Origin: Psilocybe cubensis
Taxonomy: Eukaryota
Reading direction: 5' to 3'
NCBI GenBank assembly: GCA_017499595.2
Contig: CM039002.1
Span: 3,472,001 to 3,536,000, forward strand
DNA: 64,000 nt
A model generated the notes under the pieces. The model was not told the DNA's origin. It saw nothing but the letters and a program-made list of their open reading frames with translations, and made no database searches. Every line of letters begins with the position of its first letter. The stretch's first letter is position 1. Below, piece by piece: positions 13,989 through 27,962 of the stretch. A program made the position numbers and the translations under genes.

Positions 13989-16538
13989 TTACCCAGCACG
14001 CTCCCCACCAGAAATAATCTCCGGCGATCCCTTATTTTTTCGCCTCTCCGCCCCCAACTCAGGCGACGAAGCAGCAGTCAACCCCGAATTCGACATACCT
14101 CCACCCCCATACGCGAAGAATTGACTGGGCACCGACGATCCCGCTTCAGTGAGTAGGTTTCCTCTCGACGATACTGTCATCGTCCGCCCATCTGTATCGG
14201 ATTCCGTCGGTGAAGCGGTGAAGGGTGTCACAGAGCCTTTTTCTGAGTGTGATACCGAGTCGCTCGCCGGGCCGCGGTGTCCCACCACGCCCACGCCGTA
14301 GAAAAATACGATGCCTAATGTTGTAGCTGTGCAGATAGAAAGGCAGGATGTGCTGTTTAGTTTCTGAAACTGAACGTAGGTGTGAAATGTGAACTTGCCT
14401 ATGATTCCAAACGCGAGCCCGGTCCACTGCGCCGCACGGAAAGTGGAAATATTGTCCTCGTTTGAGTCCAGCCTGGAGTTGACGCTATTGAACACCACCG
14501 TCGACACTGTCACGCCTACCGCCGTTCCAAGCTAGATAATAACATCTTTAAATTCACACTTCAGCCAGACATAGAAAAGGACATACCTGAGTCATGGTAT
14601 TGAATAACGCCCCAGATACACTCTGCTCATGCGGCAACGAGAACTTGGCAATAAACAGCGTGCCCGCTGAGAAGACAAAATCCGCGCCCATCACAGAGAG
14701 ATACGACGCATTAAACGCGTACGCCCAGTACGTCGTTTCCGGGTTGATGATCGCAAAGAGCAGGCACGCCGCAGCCGTAGCTCCTGCTCCGATAGCTATC
14801 GCAAATGGTAATCAACATATCAGGAACCTATGAAGGCAAAACACATTGAGGTAGCTTACCAACGAGCCAGACGACCGTGACGTGCGCGGCCATGAGCCCC
14901 ACGAACACGTTGCACGCGATCCCCGACACGAACATAGGCAGCAAACGTACAACAGTCTGCATTGCACTATATCCTTTGTAATTCTGATAATATAGCTAAG
15001 CACACAGCAGGTCAATGATCATTTCTAAAATCAATGGTCCAGAGACGAGTGACAAACATACCTGCACCCAATAGGTCCACGACATAAACGCACACCAGTT
15101 CGTGAAAGCAATGGCCATCATCGCTGCAAAACGACCGTTTGCGCGGGTCCATATGGACAGTTTCATGAGAGGCGGCGGTGTGAGCCACGAATACGGCGCG
15201 TTAGGGTCATTTTGCACAGACTCAAGGTGGCGTTGCCAGAAGAGGAAGATGACGATGAGGAGAACGCCTATGACGAGCAGGGCAATGATATCTGCAAATT
15301 TGACAATAAAATTTAGATATTATCAATACTAAGGGTTTGAAAGAACGAACACGGTGTGCGCCACTGCTGAGGCGCGACCTCTCCCTGGCTCAACACGAAC
15401 ACAACCAGAATCAAACCTCCCGACACGAGGAGCGACCCAATCCAATCAATCCTTTTATCTGGCTCGTCAGACGGCACATCTGGGTCTATTGAAATCAGCC
15501 CTCCGAAAAACGCGAGGAACGTCAGGCCGCTGAATAGGAAGAACGACGAGCGCCAGGTTTGTCTACAGCAGAGTTAATGTTTACAGTGTATTCCAAATCG
15601 TGATTTCAACGCACTCGGTGAACTCTGTCAAAACGCCGCCAACTGCTGTGCCAAAGACGGCGCCAACGGGTGCGCCTGCAGCAAATGTGGCAAAGGCCAG
15701 TGAACGTGCGCGCGATGGCGGGAATGCATGAGCAAGAATACCAAGCTGCGTCGAGGAAGTCAATAAAACGTCTTTTGGATGTCAAGCCACTTACAGAGGA
15801 GGGGATGGTCGCAGCAGCGCCACAGCCCTGCAAAGCTCTTAACACGTCGAGCGTAACTACATCTGACATGGGTTCAGACACACGCCTCGCAAGAATTAAC
15901 TGATTGTACGCACTAGTTGTGAACCCACACCCTAGTGTGAATGCAGCGAGAAACAATGATCCCCACAAAAACACTCTTTTCCGTCCATACAAATCTGCAA
16001 TTCTGCCGAAGACGAGGAAGAGGCAGCCCTACCATACTCAACAGACGTAATCAGCTCATCAGAAATTCAATATATTTGAGGACATTACTCACTGAACTCA
16101 ATGGGTACGCCGACATGATCCACTGTAGCTCCGCTGGCTCAAGCGCCAGATCCCTCTCGATCGTAGGCAAAGCTATCGATACTGAGGTCGAGTTTCCAGT
16201 CTATCATTGTACAGAGACGACGCGCGACCAAGGCAGTTGAATCAGCATGAGATTTTGGTCATACAGAACGGAGAAATATCGGATATATGCATTGATGGAG
16301 AAAAAAGCTGTCGCGGAAGGGGGAAAAAAAGTTGAAAACGCACATTGATGATCATAGCCGTGGTCACCGTCAATACAATGATACACGAGTTCAGCCACCC
16401 TCCCGCCGTCCCCAGTGGTGTGTAGTCCAATGGCACTGGTGATGGTGTCCGTGTGCGATCCGACTCTCTGTCATTATGATCTTCCTGCTTGTCGACGAAG
16501 GGGGTAACGGTGGTCATTTCTTGAGGATTGCGGGTCAT
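13989..16538 (-). CDS. MFS transporter, drug:H+ antiporter (DHA2-like) type
   Basis: Multi-exon. Motifs GRLADLYGRKRVFLWG, RALQGCGAAATIP, FATFAAGAPVGAVFG, many hydrophobic helices, and FRAAQWTGLAFG near the C-terminus. Confidence 0.9.
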
Positions 16539-17570
16539 GATTGCATATGGATCTGGATTCCTCTGCACGATTTCTATCAAGGTTCCTTCAGGCTTTCAAA
16601 AGATTTACACTGATGAAGAGTTGGATGAAGTTGGAACAGGAAGACGTGTTCTTGGCGTACATGCAAATTTGAAACTCGTGCGTCTCCTTTTATAATGATA
16701 CGACAAACTTCTTCTCCGCCTGCACCCCCAAATGGCGTTTTGATGAGCGTCCCGGGCACCCCTATTTTTGTGCTGAGCACGAAGTTAATGTGCGAGCTGG
16801 AAGACAAGAGGCTGACCAAGACTTTGTTATTTTTATTTTCAGCTGGTGATAGTTGTTTTGAAGGCAAGGTCGATGAATAATCAATAAAAACAATGCACCC
16901 ACTTTCTCTCTAGTTTCCCTTGCGACTTGCTTTGTTTCGAATGATGGTAGAAACGAAGGCAATCAAAATTGCCAAGATCGCTGGAAAATGTTGGCTCAAT
17001 ATGCGGATGATGAGCTCCGAAACGCGATCACGCCGCAGCGAAGACACAGTTAGATACATATCGCATTAGCTACTGTCATAGAACCACAAGGTCGAGGTGA
17101 AAATAAGGGCAGTTAACCATCGGTATGATCTTCTCGCTGTCACGACGGAGCCGCCCTTATTCATTCTCCTGGGTCCAAAGGCAAGTAAAGTAAGTTTCTG
17201 GGACAACTTCAGGCATGGCACGTAATCGAACGCAAGGCCTGATATCCATTCGGGCGGCGTTTGAATGTGAAATGATCCCAATGATACAGCCTCCAAACGT
17301 TCCTCAAAATCTGCCTTCCGACACTAAGACGCGTGGAAGAAGGCACGACGAGCACGGAGCGCGACAACTCGCAGAATGCAGGTAATCATCAGATGGCTAA
17401 TCATTGTACAATATGAATTTTGATACTTATGTGCATTCAGCAGCACTTTATACGAAATATGCTCCCTCAAATTATGACGTGAAGTAGGGAGTATCCTATG
17501 GGGTGAAATTATATATCTACCACAATACAACAGAATTATTGGATTGATTGGAGGTTGACGTGCGAGATTA

Positions 17571-20339
17571 TCATAGATTATTAATCCACATTTTAGCTAG
17601 CTCTACCGGGCAGATTTTCAGCGACTCTTCGAATTCAATCGGGAGTATACAAGTTTGTGGCACGTCGGCATCTAGGCGCACTACGATGTCTCCTTCTGTA
17701 GGACAATCCACATTGTGCCTGCAAATAAGCAATCTAATTCAGCCATATAACGTGAATAATGATATCGCAATACGTACACATCTCTGAGGTGAATGGACAA
17801 GGATTCCATATCGCCCCACACCCTGCAACGCGAGCACATAAAGAAACCGTTCGTATTGACCTCATGAGCGGGCGAGTATTTGTTTGTGGCCTCCAGCATT
17901 TTGGATCGTGCTGTTTGCGCGGTTTTTTCGTCCACTTTCTGTAGGATCACAGGGTCTTGTGATTTCGAATTCCTATTGCAAAAGGCAGGGGTATATCGCT
18001 TGCTGCTGCGCTCTCCGTGCAAGGCCTAGCACAAAGAATAACGGTGTTTTAGTCAACGAAGCGCAAGGAAAAGGTCGGGTGTATACTCACAACCCAAGAC
18101 CATCTCATCACACATTGGTACATTTCGTGATACCAGCCTGTCACTACACATCCTTCGCATTTAACGATGGGGTCTGCAGCTTCTATTTCTGCAGTGGTCG
18201 TAATTTTGGGGTCATATCCCAGCGTCGTCAGAGCATCAGACAGTGTATTAACATCCTCTTTGCGGAAGCTGATGTTTCCTGTTTTGCCCCAACTGAAGTG
18301 ATTAAAATCTTTTGTTAAGATCATCTTGTCGCTGTGTTCATCACCAAATCTCTTTCTTCCAGGATTGGGACATTCGTATGCGTGTTTGTGGATAAGAACA
18401 CGTGGATATCGCAATAAGCCTTCACCACAGCTCGCATCGCAACTTTCGCAATGAAAGATAGTAGTGGCAAGATGCAATACCATCTTTGGATCAAATGAAT
18501 TCTCTCCCAGCTCTTCTGCGATTAACGTTAGTAATTTCTCTTCTCTCTCCTTTATAGATTGAGCCACAATTTCCGGGAACAGTGACCGTAGAGGTTCGAA
18601 GTCTTTGGCGGTTAAATTTTCATTGACCTCATTGCCGTGGATTATTTCCTGGATAACTGGATATCCAATAATGTCAGGTACTCGAGGGACGAGGGCGTTG
18701 GGAGGGAGGTCCAGAGCAAAGTTTTCGAGTACGTCACGAAGAATCGGGTAGGCCTTGTTTACCCGGCGGCGGCGGGCACGGTCCAGCCTTTCGATCTTTA
18801 TTTCATTCATCCTATAATTGAACCAATCTCGAGTATTGTCGAGCCCTAGTACCAGTGGCCGCATCGCTTGTGTCAAAACAGTTAAATCATTAAAGATTAT
18901 TGTTGACACATACATTGTTGGGTTATACCGAATTCTAAATCTTTTTGCAAGCTGGGGTCGTTCTGTATAAGTAATTTTTCGTCGGAGTTCTTCGAGAATT
19001 CCTCCTCCCAGCCCAGAGACTTAACATAGTCGGCGATTCTGTGGACAATTTGAACATTTGTGTGTATACAGATAGAGTGAGAACGCTTACATTGCCTTTC
19101 GTTCCTTTACTAAATGCTTATTCCATTCAACAATGAAAACTTTACACCACACAGAGTGCTATTCAGGCAGTACAGAGAAAGCCGTCAGCTTTTATCGCAG
19201 AGCAGCAGCGGTGTGCACTCACCTCTTGAGCGAGCCTTCTGATTCGGGTCTTATCTTCAACCCATTTTTCTTTTGACTCCGCATCTTCGTACTCTCGGGC
19301 CCAAGCATCGTTAGCCGGATGGTAAAAAAGATTATAAGGTACCTTAGGATTATCTGGATTTACCGTCAGAATTATCAGGATAATCAGAAAGGGACGATTC
19401 ACTTACAGGTACCCTTAGCCGCGGAAACATAAGGTAGATACTGCGCCATCTTTTGAGGATAAGGCCCGTTCCACCACAGACCTTTCCTTCTTTTCCAAGC
19501 CAGGAATAGTTTTCTTGTGGTATATATCTCAATGAAGCAGGATCAAATGAGACTGCTTAACTCTTACTTGTTTCGCAAACAACTCATACACGCCTTAATT
19601 CGAGCATAAACATCGGTGATGATTTTTGGGTCCCCAGAGTTGGCTTGTTCCTTGAGGCAGAGCTGGACAGGAAATTAGTCATTCGCATGGGACGCAAAAC
19701 ACAGTATTGCACATACCTGACAATATGGCGCAAATATAAGAGTAGCGTATTGTACTTCATTTAAGTCTGGCGGGCAATCTGGAAGCCCTGGTACAGGCAA
19801 ACCCAACCGCGCGCGTTCCCAGATTCGCCGTGCTGAAGTATGCATGAGGATTGAACGAAATTTCTTGGATGTTTGTGCCAGACGAAGCAGGTCAAGTGGC
19901 ATAGCTTGACCAAAGATCTAAGAGTATTTCGGTAAATGTTTTGACCTCCTTCATCAAAGCGCTACTACACGCACTTCGCATAATAGTTCATCAGGCATTG
20001 AGTTTAAGGGGGTAGTGTGCAAGTGGGTATCGTGAGCTTGTGCAGCTGTCGTATCGTGTGCCATTAGTATTGGTGCAGATCCTGTCTGCATCTTCGCAAT
20101 GAGGTCTCTAGTATCTCTAAAAAGTTTTTGAACAGTACCTCTGCTTTCTCCCCATTTTTGGCGCGTCTCTTCTCATCTGTCTGTGTCACTGTCCCACTCC
20201 CTGACTTTATTTCGGCGGCTTTTTGCGCTTTTTTGGGGGGGTTATTCTCTCGATCCGAGTCGTATTCATCGCGAAGATTATCCTGATCAAAAGCCTCGTC
20301 GTCTTTGCGTTTGGGGTAGTATCTACGTGGATTCATCAT
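17571..20339 (-). CDS. Basidiomycete F-box protein with C-terminal Cys/His-rich region
   Basis: LNSMPDELLCE/IFGQAMPLDLLRLAQTSKKFRSILM...WERAR...LPDCPPDLNEVQYATLIF.PYCQ F-box signature; downstream LHLATTIFHC..C and C..C...HLRDVH motifs. Exact start and some exon boundaries approximate. Confidence 0.82.
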
Positions 20340-20474
20340 GGGTAGAGTGTTAATGGGGAGTGTAAATGAACCAAAGTGCCCTTTAAGTACGTGACACCGT
20401 GAGCCCATTATTTTGATGGGCCGTGACGGAACCTATCATTGTCAGTCCAATTAGGAAGAGACCCCTATTTACGG

Positions 20475-20490
20475 ACGCGTTAGTACGCGT
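20475..20490. promoter_or_regulatory. Two tandem ACGCGT (MCB-like) elements in the divergent F-box/HSP10 promoter
   Basis: ACGCGT at 20475-20480 and 20485-20490. Function is inferred only from the match to the MluI cell-cycle box consensus. Confidence 0.3.
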
Positions 20491-20969
20491 TATCCTCCAC
20501 GTGAAAACGTTTCTATGGGTATCAAGAGCTTTCGCCACCGTTGTCCCGCTAATTTGACAAACTTCTTCCTCTTGAATTGTTTCGATATTAGTGCCGCCAT
20601 CACTTGAATATACTTAGGACTTCGGATGCTGAGTAGAAGTCTACTGGATTGATCATAACTTCAGTATTTCGTTTACAAATAATTTTTTCCCTTTTTCGCT
20701 TCTAGAACCACCCATATATTTTCATAGTTAAATTTACCTCAATAAACTCGTCGAAGGATGTGAGCGTTTGAGGGCTAAGCTAGTGTCTTAGATTGCTTCA
20801 AAGCGCGCGTCAACGGTCGCGGCGTCGCGCGCTTGAAATGAGTCACATGACATTGCCTTTATTTGTCTGAAGCAAACACTGGACATTGCCAGGAAAAATC
20901 GGGAACATTCCACGGACCCAAACTTTCTCGTTTTCGTCGTCAATTCCTTCCTCCTCCACCTCAACTCCA

Positions 20970-21510
20970 ATGGTATGTACCCTTGGAACACTGTCAAGGA
21001 TATATTCTAATTTGTTGGCGCGTTTTAGGCCGCTCAAGCAACCTTCAAGTCCATTAAGTCTCTTGTTCCTCTCCTGGACCGTGTTTTGGTTCAGCGTTTC
21101 AAACCCGAGACCGTACGTACTCACCTTTCACGAGAATTTCCGTAGAGTGTTCACCCTTACACGAAATATTCTTGTAGAAAACAGCCACTGGTATCTTCCT
21201 ACCGACCTCTGCGACGAGCAATCCTCTACCTGAGGCGACCGTCATCGCTGTCGGCCCCGGTGCACCCAACAAGGACGGCGTCATCGTGCCCACCACCGTG
21301 AAAGCGGGCGACCGCGTCCTGCTCCCCGGCTGGGGTGGCAACTCTATTAAAGTCGGCGAAGATGTGCGTGTTTATTTGCTTCATATGCCTCCGGGTTCGC
21401 GGTCGCGTTCGGTATAGCTGATGACGTGCCACGTATTTTCATTTTTTCTTTCAAAATAGGAATACTTCCTCTTCAAGGACTCTGAAATCCTCGCCAAAAT
21501 CAAGGAGTAA
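20970..21510 (+). CDS. HSP10: Mitochondrial co-chaperonin Hsp10 (GroES/Cpn10)
   Basis: ATG-only first coding exon, then AAQATFKSIKSLVPLLDRVLVQRFKPET/KTATGIFLPTSATSNPLPEATVIAVGPGAPNKDG...VKAGDRVLLPGWGGNSIKVGED/EYFLFKDSEILAKIKE*. Confidence 0.96.
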
Positions 21511-22504
21511 ATCGTCCTCTCCGTGTATCACCGCTGCCTGGCCGGTTGGCTGAACACATGGTCGTTGGAAAGATATGAGCTACCGCCCAAGTCCGACAAC
21601 ACGTCAGCAGCCGGTGTACATTCCCCACCCGATACATATATCTTCCGTCAGAAGTCAAAAGTTTTACATCTCTAGGACCTAATACGTCAGTTTGCATTAA
21701 TCTTATGTTTTCGCTCACTTTGCATAGTTGTCACAATACATGAACCCCCACTCCTATCGTCAATCCACTTTTCGTCGATTTACTGCGAGCGAATTCTGAA
21801 AGCGTCATGAGTCTGTTCGATTTCTCAAATGGTATTTGAGCGACATAGTTCCTGTTCCCTTCTATGAACGGTGTACGAATTGCAATAATCTGGTTTGGGT
21901 GTTTATGGTGAATGTGGAATGCAAAAGTTTGAAAAGGAGTGATTGTCGTCGGAGTTGCTGCAAATTATGGTTATCCAGTTATTCGAGAGGTTTCTGAAAG
22001 TTGACCATGGTTGGGAGTAAAGCGGTAATCAGCATGTTCGGTGTCGGTGCCGGTCATCTTACATCTATGACTGCTAGGCTTTGTTGTTTGAAACATTCCC
22101 ACTAGGACTTGTCGCTCTGCGATCGAGCTTCGTTTTGTGCTCGCCGTTGCATTACCTATTTTGAGAAACGATTTCTCTGGTTTGGTCAGTTAAGTTAGGA
22201 AGCGCATATTTCTAACTTTATTTGTGTTGTAGAACTTTAGGTCGAGCGCGCACACATGTACAAGGATTCTTTCAACCAGGATCATCTGTCGTACGCTGGC
22301 TTCGTGTTGTGCATCATTCAGCAATGAAGAATGATTCCAAGACAACATACCAAAATGGACAACAGCGGATGCCGATTGGTGTGCATTAGATTGCGCGACA
22401 TCGAACAACCTACTCGAGAGTGCCACAAGGACGATCTCTTCCTCATCCCCCTACTCCCGGCACACAAACCCTCCTTTCCCGCGGTTGCCCGTGCCCCAGG
22501 GGCA

Positions 22505-23604
22505 ATGACGATGAAAATTAACTATGCACGAGAGACGGGGATCTACTCTGTTTCGGCAGCCATTGTTTTCGCAGCGCTGTACGCGCCGTTTCTAGTGCGT
22601 TTTGCATACATGTCGTATCGCCAGCCGGTACATGTGCATTTTGCTGTCGCGTTATTTTGCATATGTAGGTTTATCTTGCTCAATGGAATTGGTCGGTAAA
22701 TATGGGGTGAAGAGCTGACCATTGCTCTTTGTATCTTTTGTTCAGTTTCTATCATCGGATTCTCGATTCGCGCAGCGATGGCAGCTTCAGAAGAACTCGG
22801 CTCGCGTCTTTCGCTGCTCATCACACAGGAGATCATGTTCACTGTCGGTTATCTCATTCTTCTATACTCATCTCACTCTCTCGTAATGAACCTGTAAGTC
22901 CCTATCATTGGCTTATTGGTATTCATCTTTTCCTTGAACCGCTACTTACATTCTGCACGCCAACCCAGAACGCACATATGCCTTCCAGAAGACCTCAGGA
23001 AACTGAACAGGCGCGCGCTGCGCCTTACGCGCTCGCATCATCTCTTCCACTTTCTCCTGTCCGCAGCCATCATCCTTGCGCTGTCGGCCGCGATCACGAA
23101 CAATGGCACCGGGCGAGAGCGCGTCTCCGACATCCTCGACGTCGTGAGCTCGACGCTCTTCATGGTTCTCACCGTTCTCCAGGCCGTGCACAGCGGGCTG
23201 TTTGCACGCCTGGCTTTGAAAAGTACGCCCATCCTTTGCACCCCATCCCATTTTTTATTTAATATGTAACTGACATGCCCGTAAACATAACTTCTGTTAT
23301 ACCCAATCCCGTTATAGAGGAGCACCGCGAACGGCATCGTGCGCAGAACCACTCCTTTGGGGAGCGCAACGCCGTCTTTCTTCTGCTGCTTATCTCGTTC
23401 CTCTATCTCATTTCTGAGACTTTCTCGATGGTGACCGTCCAGAACGATGAGCAGGCGAACAATGAGCGGCTGCTGTACCCGCTCGGATTTCTTCCGGAGC
23501 TCCTGGCGGTGGGCGTGTTCGCGATACCGGGGCTCGTGCCGTCAACATGTGTAAGGAAGTTTCCGTGGTCGAGGCAGAGGGTGTTGCAAGTGCAGTATTA
23601 TTGA
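22505..23604 (+). CDS. Multi-pass membrane protein, RTA1-like
   Basis: INYARETGIYSVSAAIVFAALYAP, IIGFSIRAAMA, NNERLLYPLGFLPELLAVGVFAIPGLVP; about 7 hydrophobic segments across 4 exons. Confidence 0.7.
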
Positions 23605-23976
23605 GACTGGGTTTCGAGGATGCCACATTCATTTGGGTTTCTGATATTATGGGACATGGTTTGTTGCTTTTGTCGAGTTGCTCGGTAGAATCAGATCCTC
23701 AACGGAGCGCAATGCGACAAGACTTGCTGAAAAGTCAAGAATCTGGCAAAGTAAACCTGTTTTATCTAAGAGTAAACAAACGAGAAATTCAATCGCCTCA
23801 AAGCCCCACTGGCGAATTAGCGGCTTAGGAGCGGGTGCGAATTACTTGTATTTTTAGCACTTTCCGCAGCGTCTATTTTCGTCACTTACACACTGCTCAC
23901 GTCGTACTTGAAAGACCCGCAACGGTCGATCCAACGAATTACCCATCTACTCTCTTCTTCTTGTACCACCACGACA

Positions 23977-24799
23977 ATGCCTGGGTTCCTCAAAGTTTTG
24001 AGACTAGTGATTTTTGGTGTGTCTGTTACTGCAATTTGTCCATGGTCTGAGTTGACTTGCCACAAGCTGGAGTCACGTTGTTAAGCCTCGTTGTGCTTGG
24101 GTCTTCAGCTTTCCTCAATGCAAAGACAATGCCGAAGTTCCATTGTATGTCGTTTCTTTACACTTGGATATTCCAAATGACATTAACACATACTCACAGT
24201 CACTATGTATACCTTCCCATTCGCGATGAGCATCATAACTCTTATATTCATTCCATTCCTGTAAGCTATCGTATCTCCTTTAATTCAAAATAACCTTACA
24301 ACGCAATCCACAGTGCTGTAACATCATACGTCACCCGCTCTCCATCCAAGCGCGTCACCCCGTTAGGCCGGCTTTCAACCGTGACCTATGAGCTCCCCAT
24401 TCTGACGCTGTTCCTCCTCCTCTGGTTTATCTGCGCACACACCGGTATTTCCGAGTTTTTTGGCCCGTTCCGACACTGCAATCGCGGGCATGGAATTGGG
24501 GTCGGGGTCGTGTCTCCCGGTGGACTAGATGTGCCATCGCATTGCAAAATCGTGGCGGTTGTACATGGTACGGAGTGGCTTAGCTGCTTTGGATGTAAGT
24601 TTGTGTTTACATCGCGTGTCCCGAACTGGATTGCTGAATTAATTGTTTGTGAATAGTTTTGATTATATGTGCATTTTCGGCGCTCTTTTCGCTTTTTGCA
24701 TTGTTGAGACAGGGGAGGAACTTGTTTGCCCTTAGGCTGGAAAGAGACAATGACAGGACATCCGGGCACAGGCCAGAAGGCAATATAATGTTTGTTTAG
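23977..24799 (+). CDS. Small 4-TM membrane protein, MARVEL-like
   Basis: MPGFLKVLRLVIF/AGVTLLSLVVLGSSAF...ELPILTLFLLLWFIC...C...HCKIVAVVHGTEWLSCFG; four hydrophobic helices with a Cys pair in the last loop; canonical introns. Confidence 0.65.
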
Positions 24800-25208
24800 G
24801 TGGTTTCTGTTCTATTATCTTGATTCTGTGATTTCACTCTGTACGGGAAATCAATTGAACACTTGATTATGACTACGAGCCCTAATCCAGAATTGCACTT
24901 GTTCTTTCTCCCATGAGGTGAGCTGCAAGTGGCCTCGAGAGCCCAATAAGCCCATGTACTCCGATGGAATCTTTGACAAAAGTATGAACATAGGCCAATG
25001 GACTTAGACGAGAAAACATGGGTCACACATATACAGTTTTGCCTATCAGACTCGCTGACCAGAATGTATTATAGTCATTTGAATTAATCCAGTAATCCAC
25101 GACATTGGACGCCCGTACACCCTCATCTATCACTGGGCATTGCGAATAATGTCTTCCATCTGTCTGCTCCATGACCGATCCTATTTGTTCACTATGATAA
25201 AAGTGGAT

Positions 25209-25462
25209 TTAATCAGACTGTTAGATCGTCTACATATTCAGACCAGAGGTTGTGAACCTACCGGGCAGAGCTGGTTTTCTCCAACACAACGAGGTGGGAC
25301 ACAAGTATGATCCGATGTATCACAGAATGCCTGCTCACAAAGCCTTGGGCCGTTGCAAGTGAACTTCCCCAGGCAGTCAGAGTCCGTTGTGCATTCCACT
25401 CCCAAGGCCGTATGAAAGGAAAAAATTGCGGCAAGAAGAATCGTCAAAAGGATAAGCTTCAT
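25209..25462 (-). CDS. Small secreted 8-Cys peptide, copy 1 (~69 aa)
   Basis: MKLILLTILLAAIFSFHTALG|VECTTDSDCLGKFTCNGPRLCEQAFCDTSDHTCVPPRCVGENQLCP, then predicted intron 25261-25218 (GTAGGT..CTAACAG) and SD*. TATAAAAAG about 70 bp upstream. Confidence 0.85.
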
Positions 25463-25746
25463 GGCGAGTATTAGAAAGGTAACTCTTTGTCTGAAAGTAA
25501 CCGTTGTTTTTTCAGGGGATTTTGAATGCTTTTTATATGGTTTTGCTGTATCGGATCCGAACATAGGAAATAAGATAAACATCTCTGATAATTTTACTCA
25601 ACGCCAGAGCAAGTCATTTATGATGGGCGGTGTTATTGAGAATCACACGACGAGTTCAAAATATTTTGTTGATACAATTCAAGGCAGCCTTGCTTGAAGT
25701 ACAAGGAAGCAAGACTCGTTTAAAGTCGTATAGCTACATATCATGC

Positions 25747-27962
25747 TTACGGGTGTGGGCCAGCAGGTCGGATGCGGGGATCATAGCGAGACTTGATGAG
25801 ATCTGCAGCCTAGGGTGAATGAGGAATATGTGAGTGCATGATTAGCCTAAGTCCCTAATAAAGCGTCGTACCTTCTCAGCAATAGCATACACAGTAGCAC
25901 AAGTATGCGTAGCTGGAATGATAGGGATTATAGACACGTCTCCAACACTAAGCCCAGTCACTCCGTACACAGTCAAACTGGGGGATACAACACCAGCCTG
26001 ATCACGGGGGGCCATTGCCGACGTCCCACAGCCATGTGCAGTGCTAGGCCATATTGCGTTGACAGAATGCGCAGCTATTTCTTCATCGGTCCCAACGCTT
26101 GAACCAGGGTACACCTCTACAGGCGTGAGATGCTGCTGACTCGGAGTCTGGAACCACCTTCGAGCGAATTTGATTACGGCAATAAAAATGTCAGTGTCTA
26201 CTGGGTTGACGTTCGTATTATAGTCAATGACAGGTTCAGCGTAGCGATCGGTGGTATTCAACAAAACCGTGCCGCGGCTGAGTGGCTTTTCGAGGACGAG
26301 AGACAATGTACTTCCGCCCAGGAATGGAATTTCTACAACACCATTGTCGCGACGTCCAAATGAGTCAAGAATGACAGCTCTTTGTTTGAGGAATCCTTTG
26401 ACGTTCTGGGGACCATAAGTGCTGGGTAGGTAGTCAGCAGCATTCTGCCCTTTAGCCTTGTTGATCGTGGTTTGATAGGTGGGACTCAAGATTGGGAACG
26501 GAACAGTGGCCAGCGCATTGCCAACGCCAATAGAATACGGTCCTGATAAAAATTTGTATAAGAAAAAAATTTGTATATTAAAATCTTAAAAATCGAACCT
26601 TTCCGTGATGCCCACTGCTCAGTTGCCCAGGCTTGAAATGTTGCATTATTGGTGAGTGAGTTTGGGTTGGGGAACAAGTCGGTTTGATCTGCGACAATAG
26701 AATATTAGCTTATCACAGACTTTGTCAAAATTTTGGGCTTCTTACATTGATATATGAGTAGTAAAGCAGGATGATCCTGCAAGTTGAATCCAACACCTGG
26801 AAGATCGGCAACAACGGGGATACCCGCCTGAGTTAAGAGTGACTTCGGGCCGACGCCACTACGCTGCAAAATTTGAGGAGTATGCAACCATCCGGCGCAT
26901 AGAACAATCTCCTGTGCCGCCTTGACAGTCTTTGTGGGTGAGCCATTGGCCGTTCCGCGCGCTTGAATAGTGACGGCTTCTGCACGCTTTTTGGACGTGA
27001 AAAGGACTTCGTTGACACGATGGCCAATGAGAAGATGGAGATTTCTTCGGTTCTTTACGGGCTCAAAATAGCCGCTGCGAGCGTACGAGCGACGATACGT
27101 TTGGTCGACATTGGAGGGGACCCAATACGCTCCGAATGCGTCTCCCGCAGCACCCTCCTCGTTGATGGGCACGCCAAGGTCTGTCCACGCCTTCCATTGC
27201 GACTCTGTACAACCATCAATAAGGTTCTAAAGTAACCAAAAAGGATTCTTACTGATTGTCGGCCACTGCCAATCTGGGAAGGTGGATTGGATGGGACCGT
27301 TTCCGTATGCACGAGGAATGTCCCAAGTAATGTTGTATTCTGCAGCCAAATCAGCTCTGGGAGGAGTGAAGGAAGAACTCTGAACAGGTGATTAGTGGAA
27401 ATAATCTCGAAGCGAAGCGCAATTCGTACCTTCTTAAAGTAGGGAAGCAGACCCCTCCAGCCCCAGCCAGGGTTTCCAAGCTTCTCCCAATTGTTGTAGT
27501 CATCAGCTGAGCCACGATCAAAAAGCATCCCATTCACGGTGGAGCCTCCGCCGACTACGGATGCAGCATAAACAATTCCTTCCCTATTACCAATACCGCG
27601 TTGAGGGACCGTGGTCACATTAAAGAGGTTCCTAGACGCGTATACGGATCCACTGGATGGTTCAAGTTGACCTGGAGTGTCGTCAAAGTATCCGTATTCC
27701 ACGACGAGTACCGTTTCTTAAATTTGTTTCAGCATCATTTACAGGAAAAGCATAGCAAACGTAACTCACTTTTGGGATCTTCGCTGAGACGATTCGCAAT
27801 AACGAGTCCACTCTGTCCACCTCCCACAATGACGTAGTCGTAGGCGTCGTAGAGTTGATCAGAGTCAATTTGACGAGATTTCAGACCATCTAGGTCAGCA
27901 AAAGCATTAGCCACAGCAAGCAGCTGGACAATGGCTAAAAACTTGGATACGACTCTTGCCAT
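25747..27962 (-). CDS. Secreted GMC oxidoreductase (CAZy AA3, probably AA3_2)
   Basis: Signal peptide; YDYVIVGGGQSGLVIANRLSED FAD-binding motif; GGGSTVNGM; DLPGVGFNLQDH; catalytic His motifs TAHGCGTSAMAP and PATHTCATVYAIAEKAADLIK. Confidence 0.95.
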
